From the NCBI GenBank assembly GCA_963812015.1, contig CAWETI010000003.1, positions 1,056,001-1,120,000 on the forward strand: a stretch of 64,000 nucleotides of DNA, in the 5' to 3' direction. Under the pieces are notes generated by a model. It did no database searches. It saw nothing but the letters and a program-made list of their open reading frames with translations, and was not told the DNA's origin. Both the position numbers and the translations under genes were made by a program. The first letter of the stretch is position 1. Each line of letters begins with the position of its first letter. The DNA is from an uncultured delta proteobacterium (GTDB taxonomy: Bacteria; Desulfobacterota; Desulfobaccia; Desulfobaccales; 0-14-0-80-60-11). Shown piece after piece: positions 8,943 through 18,939 of this stretch.

Positions 8943-9246
8943 CTAGTGATGCAGGAAAGGGAAGGCCGCGCCCAGGCCCTCGAGGAAGAATTGCACCGCC
9001 AGGGCGGCCATGATCAGGCCATGAGCCGGGAGAGCAGGAGAAGCGCCCCACCACAATGAACAGGGCCAGGATGAGGAAGGCGTAGAGGCAGGCCCGCCAG
9101 GCCAGGCCCCGGGCAATGGCGGGGGCATATCCCTCCGACAGGGCCAGATAAGGAAAGATGTTGCCCGGCGGGTCCATAATGATGAACAGAGAGATCAGGC
9201 TGGTGATGAGCAAGGCCCCTGTAGGACCGAGAAAACTATGTTCCAT
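8943..9246 (-). pseudogene. MarC-family membrane protein remnant (internal deletion plus frameshift)
   Basis: N-terminus SLFIIMDPPGNIFPYLAL is joined almost directly to C-terminus (SRLM)GLIMAALAVQF in another frame; about 100 codons versus about 200 typical. Confidence 0.75.
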
Positions 9247-9279
9247 GAGTGAAATCGCCTCGCGGCAGAAGGGTAAATT

Positions 9280-10488
9280 ATGGCCAACTACCAAGTGAAT
9301 AAAACCTACCAGGAAATTAATGACAAAATTAAGCAAGGGCAAGCGGTGGTGGTCACCGCCGAAGAGATTATCGATATCGTCCGCCGCAAAGGCGCGGTGG
9401 CCGCGGCCCGGACCGTGGACGTGGTGACCACCGGGACCTTTTCCCCCATGTGCTCTTCGGGCGCCTTCCTTAATTTCGGCCATGCCAAGCCCCCCATCAA
9501 GGCCTCCAGGGTGTGGCTCAATCACGTGCCGGCCTACGCCGGCATTGCGGCGGTGGATATCTATCTCGGCGCCACCGAGCCCTGCGAGGAAGACCCCCTG
9601 AACAAGGTCTACCCCGGGGAGTTCAAATACGGCGGCGGCCACGTTCTCCAAGACCTGGTGTCCGGCAAGTCCGTTCACCTGGTGGCGGAGGCTTACGGCA
9701 CCGACTGCTACCCCAACAAGCGCCTGGAGCGGGATATCACCCTGAAGCAGATGACCAACGCCATTTTGTGCAACCCCCGGAACTGCTATCAGAACTACAA
9801 CGTGGCGGTCAACCTGTCGAACCGGACCATCTATACTTATATGGGGCCGCTCCGGCCCGGGGCCGGCAACGCCAATTACTGCACCGCGGGGGAACTCAGC
9901 CCTCTGTTCAATGATCCCTACTACCGCACCATCGGCATCGGCACCCGTATTTTCCTGGGAGGGGGGGTGGGCTACGTGGCCTTCCCCGGCACCCAGCACA
10001 ATCCGCAAAAACCCCGGGCCGAAAACGGGGTGCCGTTGGGTCCGGCTGGGACCCTGATGCTGGTGGGGGACATGAAGCGGATGGACCCCCGCTACCTGGT
10101 GGGGGTGAGCTTTTTGGGTTACGGCTGCTCCCTGGCGGTGGGGGTGGGGATCCCCATCCCCCTGTTGAATGAGGAGATGGCCCACTTCTGCGGGATCAGC
10201 GACGCCGATCTCCTGGCTCCCATCGTCGATTACGGCGGCGATTATCCTGCCGGCACGGGTCAGACTTTGGGGCAGGTGAGCTATGCCCAGCTCAAGAGCG
10301 GCACGCTCACCCTGAACGGCAAAGAGGTGCCCACCGTGCCTCTGTCCAGCATGGTCCGGGCCCGGGAGATCGCCCAGCACCTGAAAAAGTGGATCGAATC
10401 CGGCCGGTTCCTCCTGGGGGAACCGGTGGAGCCCCTGCCCCTGAATGATGAGGGCCCCTGGCTCAGCACCGCCGGCCACGATAGCTGA
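9280..10488 (+). CDS. Homocysteine biosynthesis protein (DUF39, aspartate-semialdehyde sulfurtransferase-like)
   Basis: VDVVTTGTFSPMCSSG, NPRNCYQNY, GELSPLFNDP, GTRIFLGG. Confidence 0.85.
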   Translation: MANYQVNKTYQEINDKIKQGQAVVVTAEEIIDIVRRKGAVAAARTVDVVTTGTFSPMCSSGAFLNFGHAKPPIKASRVWLNHVPAYAGIAAVDIYLGATEPCEEDPLNKVYPGEFKYGGGHVLQDLVSGKSVHLVAEAYGTDCYPNKRLERDITLKQMTNAILCNPRNCYQNYNVAVNLSNRTIYTYMGPLRPGAGNANYCTAGELSPLFNDPYYRTIGIGTRIFLGGGVGYVAFPGTQHNPQKPRAENGVPLGPAGTLMLVGDMKRMDPRYLVGVSFLGYGCSLAVGVGIPIPLLNEEMAHFCGISDADLLAPIVDYGGDYPAGTGQTLGQVSYAQLKSGTLTLNGKEVPTVPLSSMVRAREIAQHLKKWIESGRFLLGEPVEPLPLNDEGPWLSTAGHDS

Positions 10489-10529
10489 GGGAAGCGGCGC
10501 AGCGTCAGGGGTATGGTCCGGGAGATGAG

Positions 10530-11285
10530 GTGGTCAATCCTTTAGAAGAATATCTCCGGCGCCACCGGCGGGCGGCCCTGCTGTTCTCCGGGGGGCTGGA
10601 TTCCAGTCTCCTGCTGGCGGCGGCGGCGAAGGTATTGGGACCGGGGTTGACCGCCATCACCTTTACCGGGCCTCACACCGTGCCGGGGGAGTTGGCCGCA
10701 GCCTGGGCCCTGGCCCGGCGCTGCCGGGTCGACCACGTGGTGCGGAAGTTTGATCCTTTGGCACTGCCGGAATTCCGGCATAACCGCCGGGAGCGTTGCT
10801 ATGCCTGCAAACAGGCCATTATTACCCGGGCCTGGGAGATTGCCGCCGCCCGAGGGCATGCGGTGCTGTGGGACGGCACCAACGTCGACGATTTGGCCGA
10901 TTTTCGCCCGGGGTTCCGGGCCCTTCGGGAACTGGGGGTCGAGAGCCCGCTGCTCACGGCGGGACTGGGCAAGGCGGGGATTCGCGCCCTGAGCCGGGAC
11001 CTGGGCCTCGATGACCAGCGCCCGGCCCAGAGTTGCCTGGCCACCCGCTTCCCCTATGATACCGAATTAACTGAGGCAGACCTGGCCCGGGTGGGCCGGG
11101 GGGAGGCCTGGCTCAGGCGGCGGGGCTATTCCCGGGTGCGTCTGAGGGTCCGGGGGGACCGGGCCCGCCTGGAACTGGCCCCGGAAGAGTGGCCGGCCTT
11201 CATGGCCCCGGCCGTGCGCCGCCGCTTCACCGCTCTTATAACGGGTCTGGGTTTCACGGAACTTTGCCTGGATGGGACCAAGTGA
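10530..11285 (+). CDS. larE: LarE-family ATP-dependent sulfur transferase
   Basis: SGGLDS PP-loop, RCYACK, DGTNVDD, FRPG, SCLATRFPY. Confidence 0.8.
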   Translation: MVNPLEEYLRRHRRAALLFSGGLDSSLLLAAAAKVLGPGLTAITFTGPHTVPGELAAAWALARRCRVDHVVRKFDPLALPEFRHNRRERCYACKQAIITRAWEIAAARGHAVLWDGTNVDDLADFRPGFRALRELGVESPLLTAGLGKAGIRALSRDLGLDDQRPAQSCLATRFPYDTELTEADLARVGRGEAWLRRRGYSRVRLRVRGDRARLELAPEEWPAFMAPAVRRRFTALITGLGFTELCLDGTK

Positions 11286-11365
11286 ACCGGAGTTAAGGCC
11301 ATCGCCTGACCTGGCGGATCTCCGGCGCAGGAATAACCGACCGAGGCTTGGCCTCGGGGGGTGTC

Positions 11366-11788
11366 ATGCTCAAAGTCCTCTTTCTGTGCACCGAAAACGC
11401 CTGCCGCAGCCAGATGGCGGAAGGGCTGGTGAACCACTTCCTGGCCGGGAAGGTGGAAGCCTTCTCCGCCGGGGTGGCGCCCAAAGAGGTCAATCCCCGG
11501 GGCATCCGGGTGATGGCGGAGTTAGGCGTTGATCTCAGCCGCCACCGCGCCAAGTCGGTCTCCGAGTTTGCGGGGCAGCAGTTCGACCTGGCCATCACCC
11601 TGTGCGACTCGGCGCAGCAGCAGTGCCCGTTTTTCCCCGGGGCGGCTCAAATGCTCCACGTCGGTTTTCCCGACCCGGGGCGGGCCCAAGGCACTGAAGA
11701 TGAGATTATGGCGGTCTTTCGCCGGGTGCGGGACGAAATGCGGGAGAAGCTCATACCCCTGCTGGCAGAACACGTGGCCCATCCTTGA
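11366..11788 (+). CDS. arsC: Arsenate reductase (LMW-PTP family)
   Basis: FLCTENACRSQMAEG, ITLCD...CPFFPG, FPDP. Confidence 0.9.
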   Translation: MLKVLFLCTENACRSQMAEGLVNHFLAGKVEAFSAGVAPKEVNPRGIRVMAELGVDLSRHRAKSVSEFAGQQFDLAITLCDSAQQQCPFFPGAAQMLHVGFPDPGRAQGTEDEIMAVFRRVRDEMREKLIPLLAEHVAHP

Positions 11789-12014
11789 GCAGTGCGGCCC
11801 CAAGGAAGACCAGCCCCGGCCAGGCCGGTTCGGGGCGCGCCGGTACCCCTTTCCTGACTTTCCGCGTTGAGACGTTCTCCCCAGGCCGCCCATCTCCCCG
11901 GTCCAAACAAGCGGGAGGGCAGGGGGGAGAAATTTTTCAGGCTTTACGGCTGGACCTCTATCTTATAGGAAATGCCAAAAGTTTTTTCCGTTATGACACA
12001 TGCTCTAAGAACCC

Positions 12015-12106
12015 AAATCCCCCCTAACCCCCCTTTTCCAAAGGGGGGAACTTAGCGAAATTCCTTTGAAAGTCCCCCTGTGAAAAAGGGGGATTTAGGG
12101 GGATTT
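12015..12106. repeat. Palindromic repeat (family B), inverted pair
   Basis: AAATCCCCCCTAACCCCCCTTTTCCAAAGGGGGG ... CCCCCTGTGAAAAAGGGGGATTTAGGGGGATTT. Confidence 0.75.
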
Positions 12107-12186
12107 AAAAACCAGCAATCAGAAGGAATTTTTGGCAAACGCTCTATGAGCAACTACCCTTACGGTAAATCGAAGTTACCTTGACC

Positions 12187-13170
12187 ATGACCAAGATCAT
12201 CCGGGCCCTGGGGCTCTTTTCCGGAGGGCTGGACAGCATGCTGGCCGCGGCGGTGCTGCGCGACCAGGGCATCGACGTCACCCTCATCTGTTGGGTGACG
12301 CCGTTTTTCGGGGCGGCCCGAGCCCGGGAATCCGCCGCCCACCTGGGCCTGCCCCTCCTGGAGGTGGACTTCAGCGACAAATTTCTGCCCCTGATCTATG
12401 ATCCGCCCCATGGCTGGGGCCGGGGCCACAACCCCTGCATCGACTGCCATATCCTCATGCTCCGGGAGGCCGGGGCGCTCATGCGGGCGGGGGGATTTGA
12501 TTTTCTCTTCACCGGGGAAGTCTTGGGACAGCGGCCCATGAGCCAGAACCGGGGCTCCCTGAACCTCATCGCCCGGGAATCGGGGTTTGCCGACCTGGTA
12601 CTCCGGCCGTTGAGCGCCAAATCCCTCAAGGCGACGGCCCCGGAGGTGCAGGGCTGGGTGGACCGGGAACGACTGCTGAATCTGAGCGGCCGGGGGCGCA
12701 CCCGCCAGATGGCCCTGGCCGAGGCCCATGGCATCACCCGGTATCCCGCCCCGGCCGGGGGGTGTTTGTTGACCGATCCGAGGTATGCGGTCCGGCTCAA
12801 GGAGTTGCTGGGCCACGTTCAGGTGGCTTCCCGGCAAGATCTGGAACTGCTCAAATGGGGCCGGCACTTTCGCCTGCCTGGCGGGGCCAAAGTGGTGGTG
12901 GGCCGCACCGAGCGTGAGAATGACGCGATCCTGGCCTTGAAGTTGCCGGGGGATGTGCTGCTGAAAGTGGATGACTATCCCGGCCCGCTGGTGCTGGTGG
13001 GCGAGGCTGCAGCCGGGGAAGACCTGGAGAAGGCGGCGGGGCTGGCTGCGGCCTACAGCGATGCGCCCCCGGGGGCTCCGGTGACGGTGACCACGGAACC
13101 GGCCGGTGAGGGCCGGGTCTTTCGCCTCACCACCCCCGGGAAAGACCGGTTTAAACCCTGGCTGGTGTGA
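12187..13170 (+). CDS. ThiI/MnmA-like PP-loop tRNA sulfurtransferase with DUF814-like C-terminus
   Basis: FSGGLDS, NPCIDC, TGEVLGQRPMSQ, PAGGCLLT, GRHFRL. Confidence 0.8.
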   Translation: MTKIIRALGLFSGGLDSMLAAAVLRDQGIDVTLICWVTPFFGAARARESAAHLGLPLLEVDFSDKFLPLIYDPPHGWGRGHNPCIDCHILMLREAGALMRAGGFDFLFTGEVLGQRPMSQNRGSLNLIARESGFADLVLRPLSAKSLKATAPEVQGWVDRERLLNLSGRGRTRQMALAEAHGITRYPAPAGGCLLTDPRYAVRLKELLGHVQVASRQDLELLKWGRHFRLPGGAKVVVGRTERENDAILALKLPGDVLLKVDDYPGPLVLVGEAAAGEDLEKAAGLAAAYSDAPPGAPVTVTTEPAGEGRVFRLTTPGKDRFKPWLV

Positions 13171-13200
13171 TGGGCAGAGAGCGAGACGACCGGAAGAAAG

Positions 13201-13271
13201 TTGAGGGGGTGATGGCCGGGGGACATTTTCGTCATTTTCGTCTTTTCGTAAGGGTCCCCCCCCTCCCCTCA
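13201..13271. repeat. Half copy of G/C-tract palindromic element (family A)
   Basis: TTGAGGGGG...GGCCGGGGGAC...TTTTCGTAAGGGTCCCCCCCCTCCCCTCA. Confidence 0.6.
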
Positions 13272-13285
13272 GCTTGCAACTGCGG

Positions 13286-13501
13286 TTAATGTGCCGTGAC
13301 GGGCTGATAGAAGGCCAGGTCCCGGTCACGCCAGGTCAGGGCGTAACGCACCCCCTCCAGGGAGATATTGTGGGTCACCATCAGCATAAATCGTTCCACC
13401 AGCCGGCCGTGGATGGGATGCGGGAAGATCGCGGTGATAAAATTCACGGCCTCGGGAGATTCCGGGCCATCTTCAAGGCTTTGACCAGTCTCAGTTAACA
13501 T
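13286..13501 (-). CDS. Small hypothetical protein (71 aa)
   Basis: AAGGA SD before ATG; fills an intergenic gap. Confidence 0.5.
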   Translation of the reverse strand: MLTETGQSLEDGPESPEAVNFITAIFPHPIHGRLVERFMLMVTHNISLEGVRYALTWRDRDLAFYQPVTAH

Positions 13502-13705
13502 CAGTTTATCCTTTTCAGCGCACCTGAATCCAGGTCCACTTTCTCGGTGAGATTATCTTCCGCAGCCAAAAACCCTGCCGGGGAAGATATCAGGTTCGCC
13601 TTTCTTTATTATATACAATAATCATCGGGACCGGCAGGCGCCAGCGGGCGCCTGGCGATTTTTCGCCGGGATGATTGAGTCTAAGCCATCTCAAAACCTG
13701 CTTTG

Positions 13706-13779
13706 TTGTCATCCTGAACGGCGTGAAGGATCTCAACTCATTAAAAATACGATATTCTTCGCTCCGCTCAGAATGACAA
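13706..13779. repeat. TGTCATCCTGA...TCAGAATGACA palindromic element (family C)
   Basis: Terminal inverted repeats TTGTCAT/ATGACAA with an imperfect internal palindrome. Confidence 0.7.
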
Positions 13780-13954
13780 TTCTCTATCAATCCAGGTTTG
13801 GCAATGGCTTCTCATGTTCTGGGTGGTTGGCCCAGGGGGGCGGCGCTCAGCCGGGCACACCCTTCGGGGCGCGCCCTCATGAAAAACATGAAAAAAACCA
13901 GGAATTGGGGGTTCAAGGGGAGGGGCGGGGTTTCCCCACCCCTACTATTGGTGC

Positions 13955-15382
13955 TTATCGGCCTTTTCCGCCCAAGGCTTCACAGAGGCGGACCACCAGG
14001 TGGTCGAAGTCGCCGTTGGACATCACCAGAACGACGTCGCCGGGGCGCAGGGTCCGGAGCAGGCCCTGCAGGAGCGCATCGGTGTCGGGGAAATAGAGGG
14101 CTGCCTGGCCTGCGGCCGACAGGTCCGCCACCAGTTGCCGGGAGGAGAACTGTTCTTCGGGTTCAACTTTCCACAGGTCCGGGGGTTCCCGCAGCAGGAT
14201 GAGGTCCGCATCTTTAAAGGCCCGGGCGTAGGGCTCCTGAAAGATCTTGCGCCGGGAAGTGTTGGTGCGGGGCTCGAACGCGGCCACCAGGCGCCGGGTT
14301 GGGTAGGCCTGGCGCACCGCGGCCAGGGTCACCCCCACCGCGGTGGGATGGTGGGCAAAGTCTTCCACCACCAGCACCCCCTGGAATTCCCCGGCCACCT
14401 CCTGGCGCTTCCTGACCCCCTTAAACCCGGGCAGGGCTTTTTGTAAGGGCGGGGCCGCGGCCCCCACCTCAGCCAGGACCGCCAACGCCGCCAGGGCGTT
14501 CAGCACGTTGTGCTCACCCACCATTGGCAGGAAAAAATCGCCCCACCGGGCGCCCTCCTTCAGGACAGTGAAGTTCATGCCGCCGGGGACGGGGGTGATG
14601 GCCGCGGCCTGCCAGGCGACGTCGCCGCCAAGACCATAAAAAGAAACCGGGGCGTGGTTCCGCCCGCAGACCTCACGGATCAGGGGGGCATCCCCCCAGG
14701 CGAAGACCCGGCCGCCGGGAGCGACGGTGCCCAGAAAGGTCTCGAAGGCCTGGATGATGACGTTGAGGTCCGGGTAGATGTCGGCGTGGTCGAACTCGAT
14801 GGAAGTGAGCACCGCCACCCGGGGGTGAAAATGGACGAACTTGGGGCGCTTGTCGAAAAAGGCGGTGTCGTATTCGTCCCCTTCCAGGGCCACAAAGCGG
14901 CCGCTCCCAACCCGGTAATTGGTCTGGAAATTTTTGGCGATGCCCCCCACCATGAAGCCGGGGTCCAGCCCCAGGGCAAAGAGCAGCCAACTGATGAGGG
15001 CCGTGGTGGTGGTTTTGCCGTGGGTGCCGGCCACCACCAGGCTTTGGCGGTCTCCCACCAGGAAGCGGTTCAGGGCCTCGGGCAGGGAGAGGCGGGGGAG
15101 GTTCTGGGCTAGCACCGCCTGGGCCTCGGGGTTGTCCCGGCGGATGACGTTCCCCACCACCACCAGGTCGGGAACGGGGTCCAGGTTAGCGGGGCTGTAA
15201 CCGTTTTGGATGGTTATCCCCAGGCCTTCAAGTAAGGTGCTCATGGGCGGGTAGACGTGTTCGTCGGAGCCGGTCACCCGAAAGCCCTGTTCCTTCAGGA
15301 TGCCGGCCAGGGCGGCCATGCCGGTGCCGCAGATGCCCAGGAGGTGGACGTGGGTTGCAGAATGCTTTGACATTTCAGACAT
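13955..15382 (-). CDS. mpl: Murein peptide ligase Mpl (MurC family)
   Basis: GICGTGM, YPPMST, GTHGKTTT, EGDEYDTAFFDK, DFAHHPTA, FEPRTNTS. Confidence 0.9.
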   Translation of the reverse strand: MSEMSKHSATHVHLLGICGTGMAALAGILKEQGFRVTGSDEHVYPPMSTLLEGLGITIQNGYSPANLDPVPDLVVVGNVIRRDNPEAQAVLAQNLPRLSLPEALNRFLVGDRQSLVVAGTHGKTTTTALISWLLFALGLDPGFMVGGIAKNFQTNYRVGSGRFVALEGDEYDTAFFDKRPKFVHFHPRVAVLTSIEFDHADIYPDLNVIIQAFETFLGTVAPGGRVFAWGDAPLIREVCGRNHAPVSFYGLGGDVAWQAAAITPVPGGMNFTVLKEGARWGDFFLPMVGEHNVLNALAALAVLAEVGAAAPPLQKALPGFKGVRKRQEVAGEFQGVLVVEDFAHHPTAVGVTLAAVRQAYPTRRLVAAFEPRTNTSRRKIFQEPYARAFKDADLILLREPPDLWKVEPEEQFSSRQLVADLSAAGQAALYFPDTDALLQGLLRTLRPGDVVLVMSNGDFDHLVVRLCEALGGKGR

Positions 15383-15556
15383 GGTTGGGATCAATTCGCC
15401 AAAAATATGGAGTAGCGGCGGAACTGTGGGTCCGCCGGAATCGGGCGCGCCGCCGATACTGATAAGCGTCAGGGCGCATGATATGGCGCCCTAAAAAGGC
15501 GTGATAAATTCCGCCCTTACAAAAACAGAAACTGGTGTAACTGAGGCCCTGATAGG

Positions 15557-16672
15557 CTAACAGAGACCCAAGGCCCGGGAGGCGGCCTCGTGGAAGCGGG
15601 GGCGGAAGGCCTGAATTTTGGTCTTATCATCCCGGCCCAGGTGTACCCGGTTCGTCAGTAAGACTACCATCTGGCCGGTCTCCAGGTCCAGCCAAAAAGA
15701 GGTGCCGGTGAAGCCCAGGTGCCCGACGCTCCTGGGGGAAAAGTACCGCCCGGCGGCCCGGAGGGCCGGGTCCGGGCCGGGGGTGTCGAAGCCGTAAGCC
15801 CGGTCGGCGGTGGGGGGAACCGTTAAAAAGAGCTGTACCGCCTCCGGGGTGAGGGGGCCGGTCTTTTCTCCACGATAAGCCTGCCAGAGGCTGGCCACCA
15901 TACGAAAGACCTCACGGCCGGGGCCGAAGAGGCCGGCATGGCCCGCCACCCCACCGGCGGCCCAGGCGTTTTCGTCGTGGACTTCACCCCCGCCGGGGCG
16001 TCCCGGGATGAGGCCCGGCTCGGTGGCGGCATAAAGGCGGTTTTCGGTTGTCGGAACAGTTTGGCCCGGTTTGGGCAAGGGGATGAAGCCCAAGGTGTTC
16101 AGCCCCAGGGGTCGGTAAATTTCTTCCCGGCAGAACTGATCCAGGCTCTCCCCGCAGACTATCTCCACCACCGCTTTGAGCAGCATGAAGCCCAGGTCGC
16201 TGTATAGGGTTGCCGTGTCCGGGGGGTGCTCCAGGGGGGTGGCCGCGGCCAGGCGTTCCAACAGGGTAGGGCGGGCTTCAGGCGGGGCCGCCAGCAGTTC
16301 CTGGTAAAAGGGCCGCCAGGCCGGCAGCCCGGCCCGGTGGGTGAGGAGGCTTTTGAGGGTCAGGGGCTGCTTGTCCGGGGGGAGCCAGGCGGAGGGCAGA
16401 ATCTCTCCCAGGGAGGCGGCCGGGTCTAGCCGCCCCCGGTCCATCAGGACCATCAGGGCCAGGGCCGTGGCCAGGGGTTTTGTCAAGGAGGCCAGGTCGA
16501 AGACCGTGTCCAGGGTCGCGGCCGCCGCCCCCGGGTCTTGGGACAAGGCCCCCGCAACGCCTTCCCACCGGAGTTTTCCCCTAAGCCCCACCAGGGCCAC
16601 CGCCGCGGTAAAGACGCCCTGGCTGACGCCAGCTTCCAACAGCTGCTGCAGGGGGGGCCAACGGTCCGACAT
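15557..16672 (-). CDS. Serine hydrolase, beta-lactamase class C-like
   Basis: FDLASLTK (SxxK), LLTHRAG, YSDLGF, VHDENA, GHLGFTG. Confidence 0.85.
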   Translation of the reverse strand: MSDRWPPLQQLLEAGVSQGVFTAAVALVGLRGKLRWEGVAGALSQDPGAAAATLDTVFDLASLTKPLATALALMVLMDRGRLDPAASLGEILPSAWLPPDKQPLTLKSLLTHRAGLPAWRPFYQELLAAPPEARPTLLERLAAATPLEHPPDTATLYSDLGFMLLKAVVEIVCGESLDQFCREEIYRPLGLNTLGFIPLPKPGQTVPTTENRLYAATEPGLIPGRPGGGEVHDENAWAAGGVAGHAGLFGPGREVFRMVASLWQAYRGEKTGPLTPEAVQLFLTVPPTADRAYGFDTPGPDPALRAAGRYFSPRSVGHLGFTGTSFWLDLETGQMVVLLTNRVHLGRDDKTKIQAFRPRFHEAASRALGLC

Positions 16673-16698
16673 GGGGAGCCTCGCTAAACAATGTTGAT

Positions 16699-16836
16699 GG
16701 GGGAAGGGGCTAGGGCCGAAGCCCCTACCCCTTCCCCCAAACCCCCATCCCCAAGCCCTTATAGGGAGTTAGGAGGGGAGTTTGAGGGGAGGGCGGGGGA
16801 ATTTTTCGTAAGGGCTTCCCCCGGCCCTCCCCTCAA
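16699..16836. repeat. G/C-tract nested palindromic element (family A, full copy)
   Basis: Closely similar to 39076-39204 and, inverted, to 58507-58651. Confidence 0.8.
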
Positions 16837-16850
16837 ATTTATCCACTCAA

Positions 16851-17783
16851 CTACTCTTTCTCCAACGCCAGGGTGATCAGGGTGTCCAGGAGGGTGGGAA
16901 AATCGATGCCCGCGGCCTTGGCCCCCTGGGGGAAGAGGCTGGTGGCGGTCATGCCGGGAATGGTATTGGTTTCCAGGACAAAGATCTCCTGGTCCCGGAT
17001 CATCATATCGGTGCGGGAATATCCCCGGCAGCCCAGGGCCCGATGGGCGGTAAGGGCGCACCCCTGGGCGCGCCGGGTCAGTTCCGGGTCAAGTCTGGCC
17101 GGGCAGATCTCATGGGAAGCCCCGGGTTGGTACTTGGCTTCGTAATCGAAGAAGTCATACTTGTCGGTGGGGATGATCTCCACCAGGGGCAGGGCCTGGA
17201 GGATAGCGTTGCCCAGCACCCCGCCGGTAACCTCGGTGCCCTGGATGAACTCCTCCACCAGCACCCGGTTATCCAGGGCAAAGGCGGCGGCCAGGCCGGT
17301 TTTTAGGGCCTCCGGGGTCGTGGCCTTGGAGATGCCGATGCTGGAGCCTTCGTTGACCGGCTTGATCACCACTGGCAGTCCCAGGCCTGCTTCGATTTCC
17401 CGGGGAGAGGGCGCCGCAACTCGGTCAAAGGTGAGGGCCCGGGGCACCTTAAGGCCGGCCTGTTGATAAATGGTCTTGGTCAGCTCTTTGTTCATGGCCA
17501 GGGCCGAGGCCAGGACGCCGGAGCCCTGGTAAGGGACCTCCAGGAGGTCCAGGAGCCCCTGCATGGAGCCGTCTTCCCCGCCCCGGCCGTGCATGATGAT
17601 GAGGGCCACGTCAAGCTCTTTGGCCTCCCGCACCAGGGCCTCCAGATCGGACAGGGGATCATAGCGCCGGATGTCGTATTTGTTTTGATTGAGGGCCTGA
17701 TAAACCTGGTTGCCGCTTTTCAGCGAGACTTCGCGCTCCGAGGATTTGCCCCCGGCGATGAGGGCCACCCGCAATTTTCCCAT
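16851..17783 (-). CDS. ddl: D-alanine--D-alanine ligase
   Basis: GGKSSEREVS, HGRGGEDG, KPVNEGSS, YEAKY, ETNTIPGMT. Confidence 0.95.
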   Translation of the reverse strand: MGKLRVALIAGGKSSEREVSLKSGNQVYQALNQNKYDIRRYDPLSDLEALVREAKELDVALIIMHGRGGEDGSMQGLLDLLEVPYQGSGVLASALAMNKELTKTIYQQAGLKVPRALTFDRVAAPSPREIEAGLGLPVVIKPVNEGSSIGISKATTPEALKTGLAAAFALDNRVLVEEFIQGTEVTGGVLGNAILQALPLVEIIPTDKYDFFDYEAKYQPGASHEICPARLDPELTRRAQGCALTAHRALGCRGYSRTDMMIRDQEIFVLETNTIPGMTATSLFPQGAKAAGIDFPTLLDTLITLALEKE

Positions 17784-18358
17784 GATTCCCTCCGGCTGTG
17801 GTTGAGGTGCAACAGGTTGGCTGGATCGACGGCCAGGGAGGCGAAGATTTTCTCCTCCAGGGCCCGGCTCTTGACTGCCGTGGCAGCGATGCGGGCCAGG
17901 GCCTCGGGAGTGCGCCCGTAGCGCACCTTGAGGTCGGCAAAGCGGACCTCAAGGGTGACCACCTCTTCGTGGAGCACCCGCTTGTCGGCGTAATTGACCA
18001 CCTCGGCCTCCCGCAGCGGCCTGGGGTCAATGATGTTGACGTCGAGATAGACGTGTTCCCGCACCACCTGGGCCACGTGGGGATAGCCCAGGGTGTCCAG
18101 GATGCCGGCCCCCAACTCGGCGTGATTCTCCAAAGTCCCCAGGCACGGGGTTTTGCCCAGGTCGTGGAGAAGGGCGCCGATGGTAACCAAGGGCAGGTGC
18201 AGATCGAAGCCGGCCGCCGCCAGGGCCTCGCCCAAAAAGACCGCCACCTCCATCACCCGGAAGCTGTGCTCCCGGATATTGGGCAGCATGCCGTGGGCGG
18301 CCATTAACTCCACGCATTGATTATGAGAAGGAAGGAGTATTGAGTCTCGTTTTTCCAT
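17720..18358 (-). CDS. HD-domain (HDIG) phosphohydrolase
   Basis: EHS...LLHDLGK...H...YADKR; 3' end overlaps ddl by 64 nt. Confidence 0.8.
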   Translation of the reverse strand: MEKRDSILLPSHNQCVELMAAHGMLPNIREHSFRVMEVAVFLGEALAAAGFDLHLPLVTIGALLHDLGKTPCLGTLENHAELGAGILDTLGYPHVAQVVREHVYLDVNIIDPRPLREAEVVNYADKRVLHEEVVTLEVRFADLKVRYGRTPEALARIAATAVKSRALEEKIFASLAVDPANLLHLNHSRRESWENCGWPSSPGANPRSAKSR

Positions 18359-18465
18359 CGGTGTTATTTTAGGGCGAAAAGGGGAAAAGGGTAAAAGGCG
18401 AAAGGGGAAAAACCAGAACCCCATTTTTACTCCTTTGCGCCTTTTCCCCCGTGATCAAATTAGGT

Positions 18466-18939
18466 TCAGGTTTTCGTAACCAGGACCACCGCATACGCGG
18501 CCATGCCTTCGCTCCGGCCGGCGAAGCCCATGTGCTCGGTGGTGGTGGCCTTGACATTGACGTCGGCCGGGGTCAGGCCCAGGATGGGGGCCAGGTGCGC
18601 CTGCATCGCCGGGATGTGGAGGGCCAGCCGGGGCGCTTGGGCCACGATGGTGGCGTCCACATTCACCGGGGCAAAACCCCGGTCCCGTACCACATTCATG
18701 ATCCGTTCCAGCAGGATGAGGCTGGAAATGCCTTCGTAGGCCGGGTCCCGGTCGGGGAAATGCGTCCCCAGGTCGCCGGCCCCCACCGCGCCCAGGAGGG
18801 CGTCGCCGATGGCGTGGCTCAGGACGTCGGCATCGGAATGGCCCAACAGCCCCTGGGCATGCGGGATTTCCACCCCGCCCAGGATCAGGGGGCGTCCCGC
18901 CACTAGCCGGTGGGCGTCATACCCCAGGCCGACTCGCAT
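18466..18939 (-). CDS. ispF: 2-C-methyl-D-erythritol 2,4-cyclodiphosphate synthase
   Basis: GYDAH, GHSDADV, GDLGTHFP, KATTTE. Confidence 0.95.
   Translation of the reverse strand: MRVGLGYDAHRLVAGRPLILGGVEIPHAQGLLGHSDADVLSHAIGDALLGAVGAGDLGTHFPDRDPAYEGISSLILLERIMNVVRDRGFAPVNVDATIVAQAPRLALHIPAMQAHLAPILGLTPADVNVKATTTEHMGFAGRSEGMAAYAVVLVTKT

Noticed and set aside
8938..10479. Long antisense ORFs (this one, 12160-13329, 24374-25624, 42420-43913, 58750-59952 and others)
   Set aside because: Shadows of GC-rich genes on the opposite strand with no family motifs, apart from the MarC remnant at the end of the first.
18370..18450. Short tandem repeats (also 30781-30812 and 63447-63480) as CRISPR or phase-variation tracts
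   Set aside because: Degenerate 7-8-mers with no spacers, no cas genes and few units.
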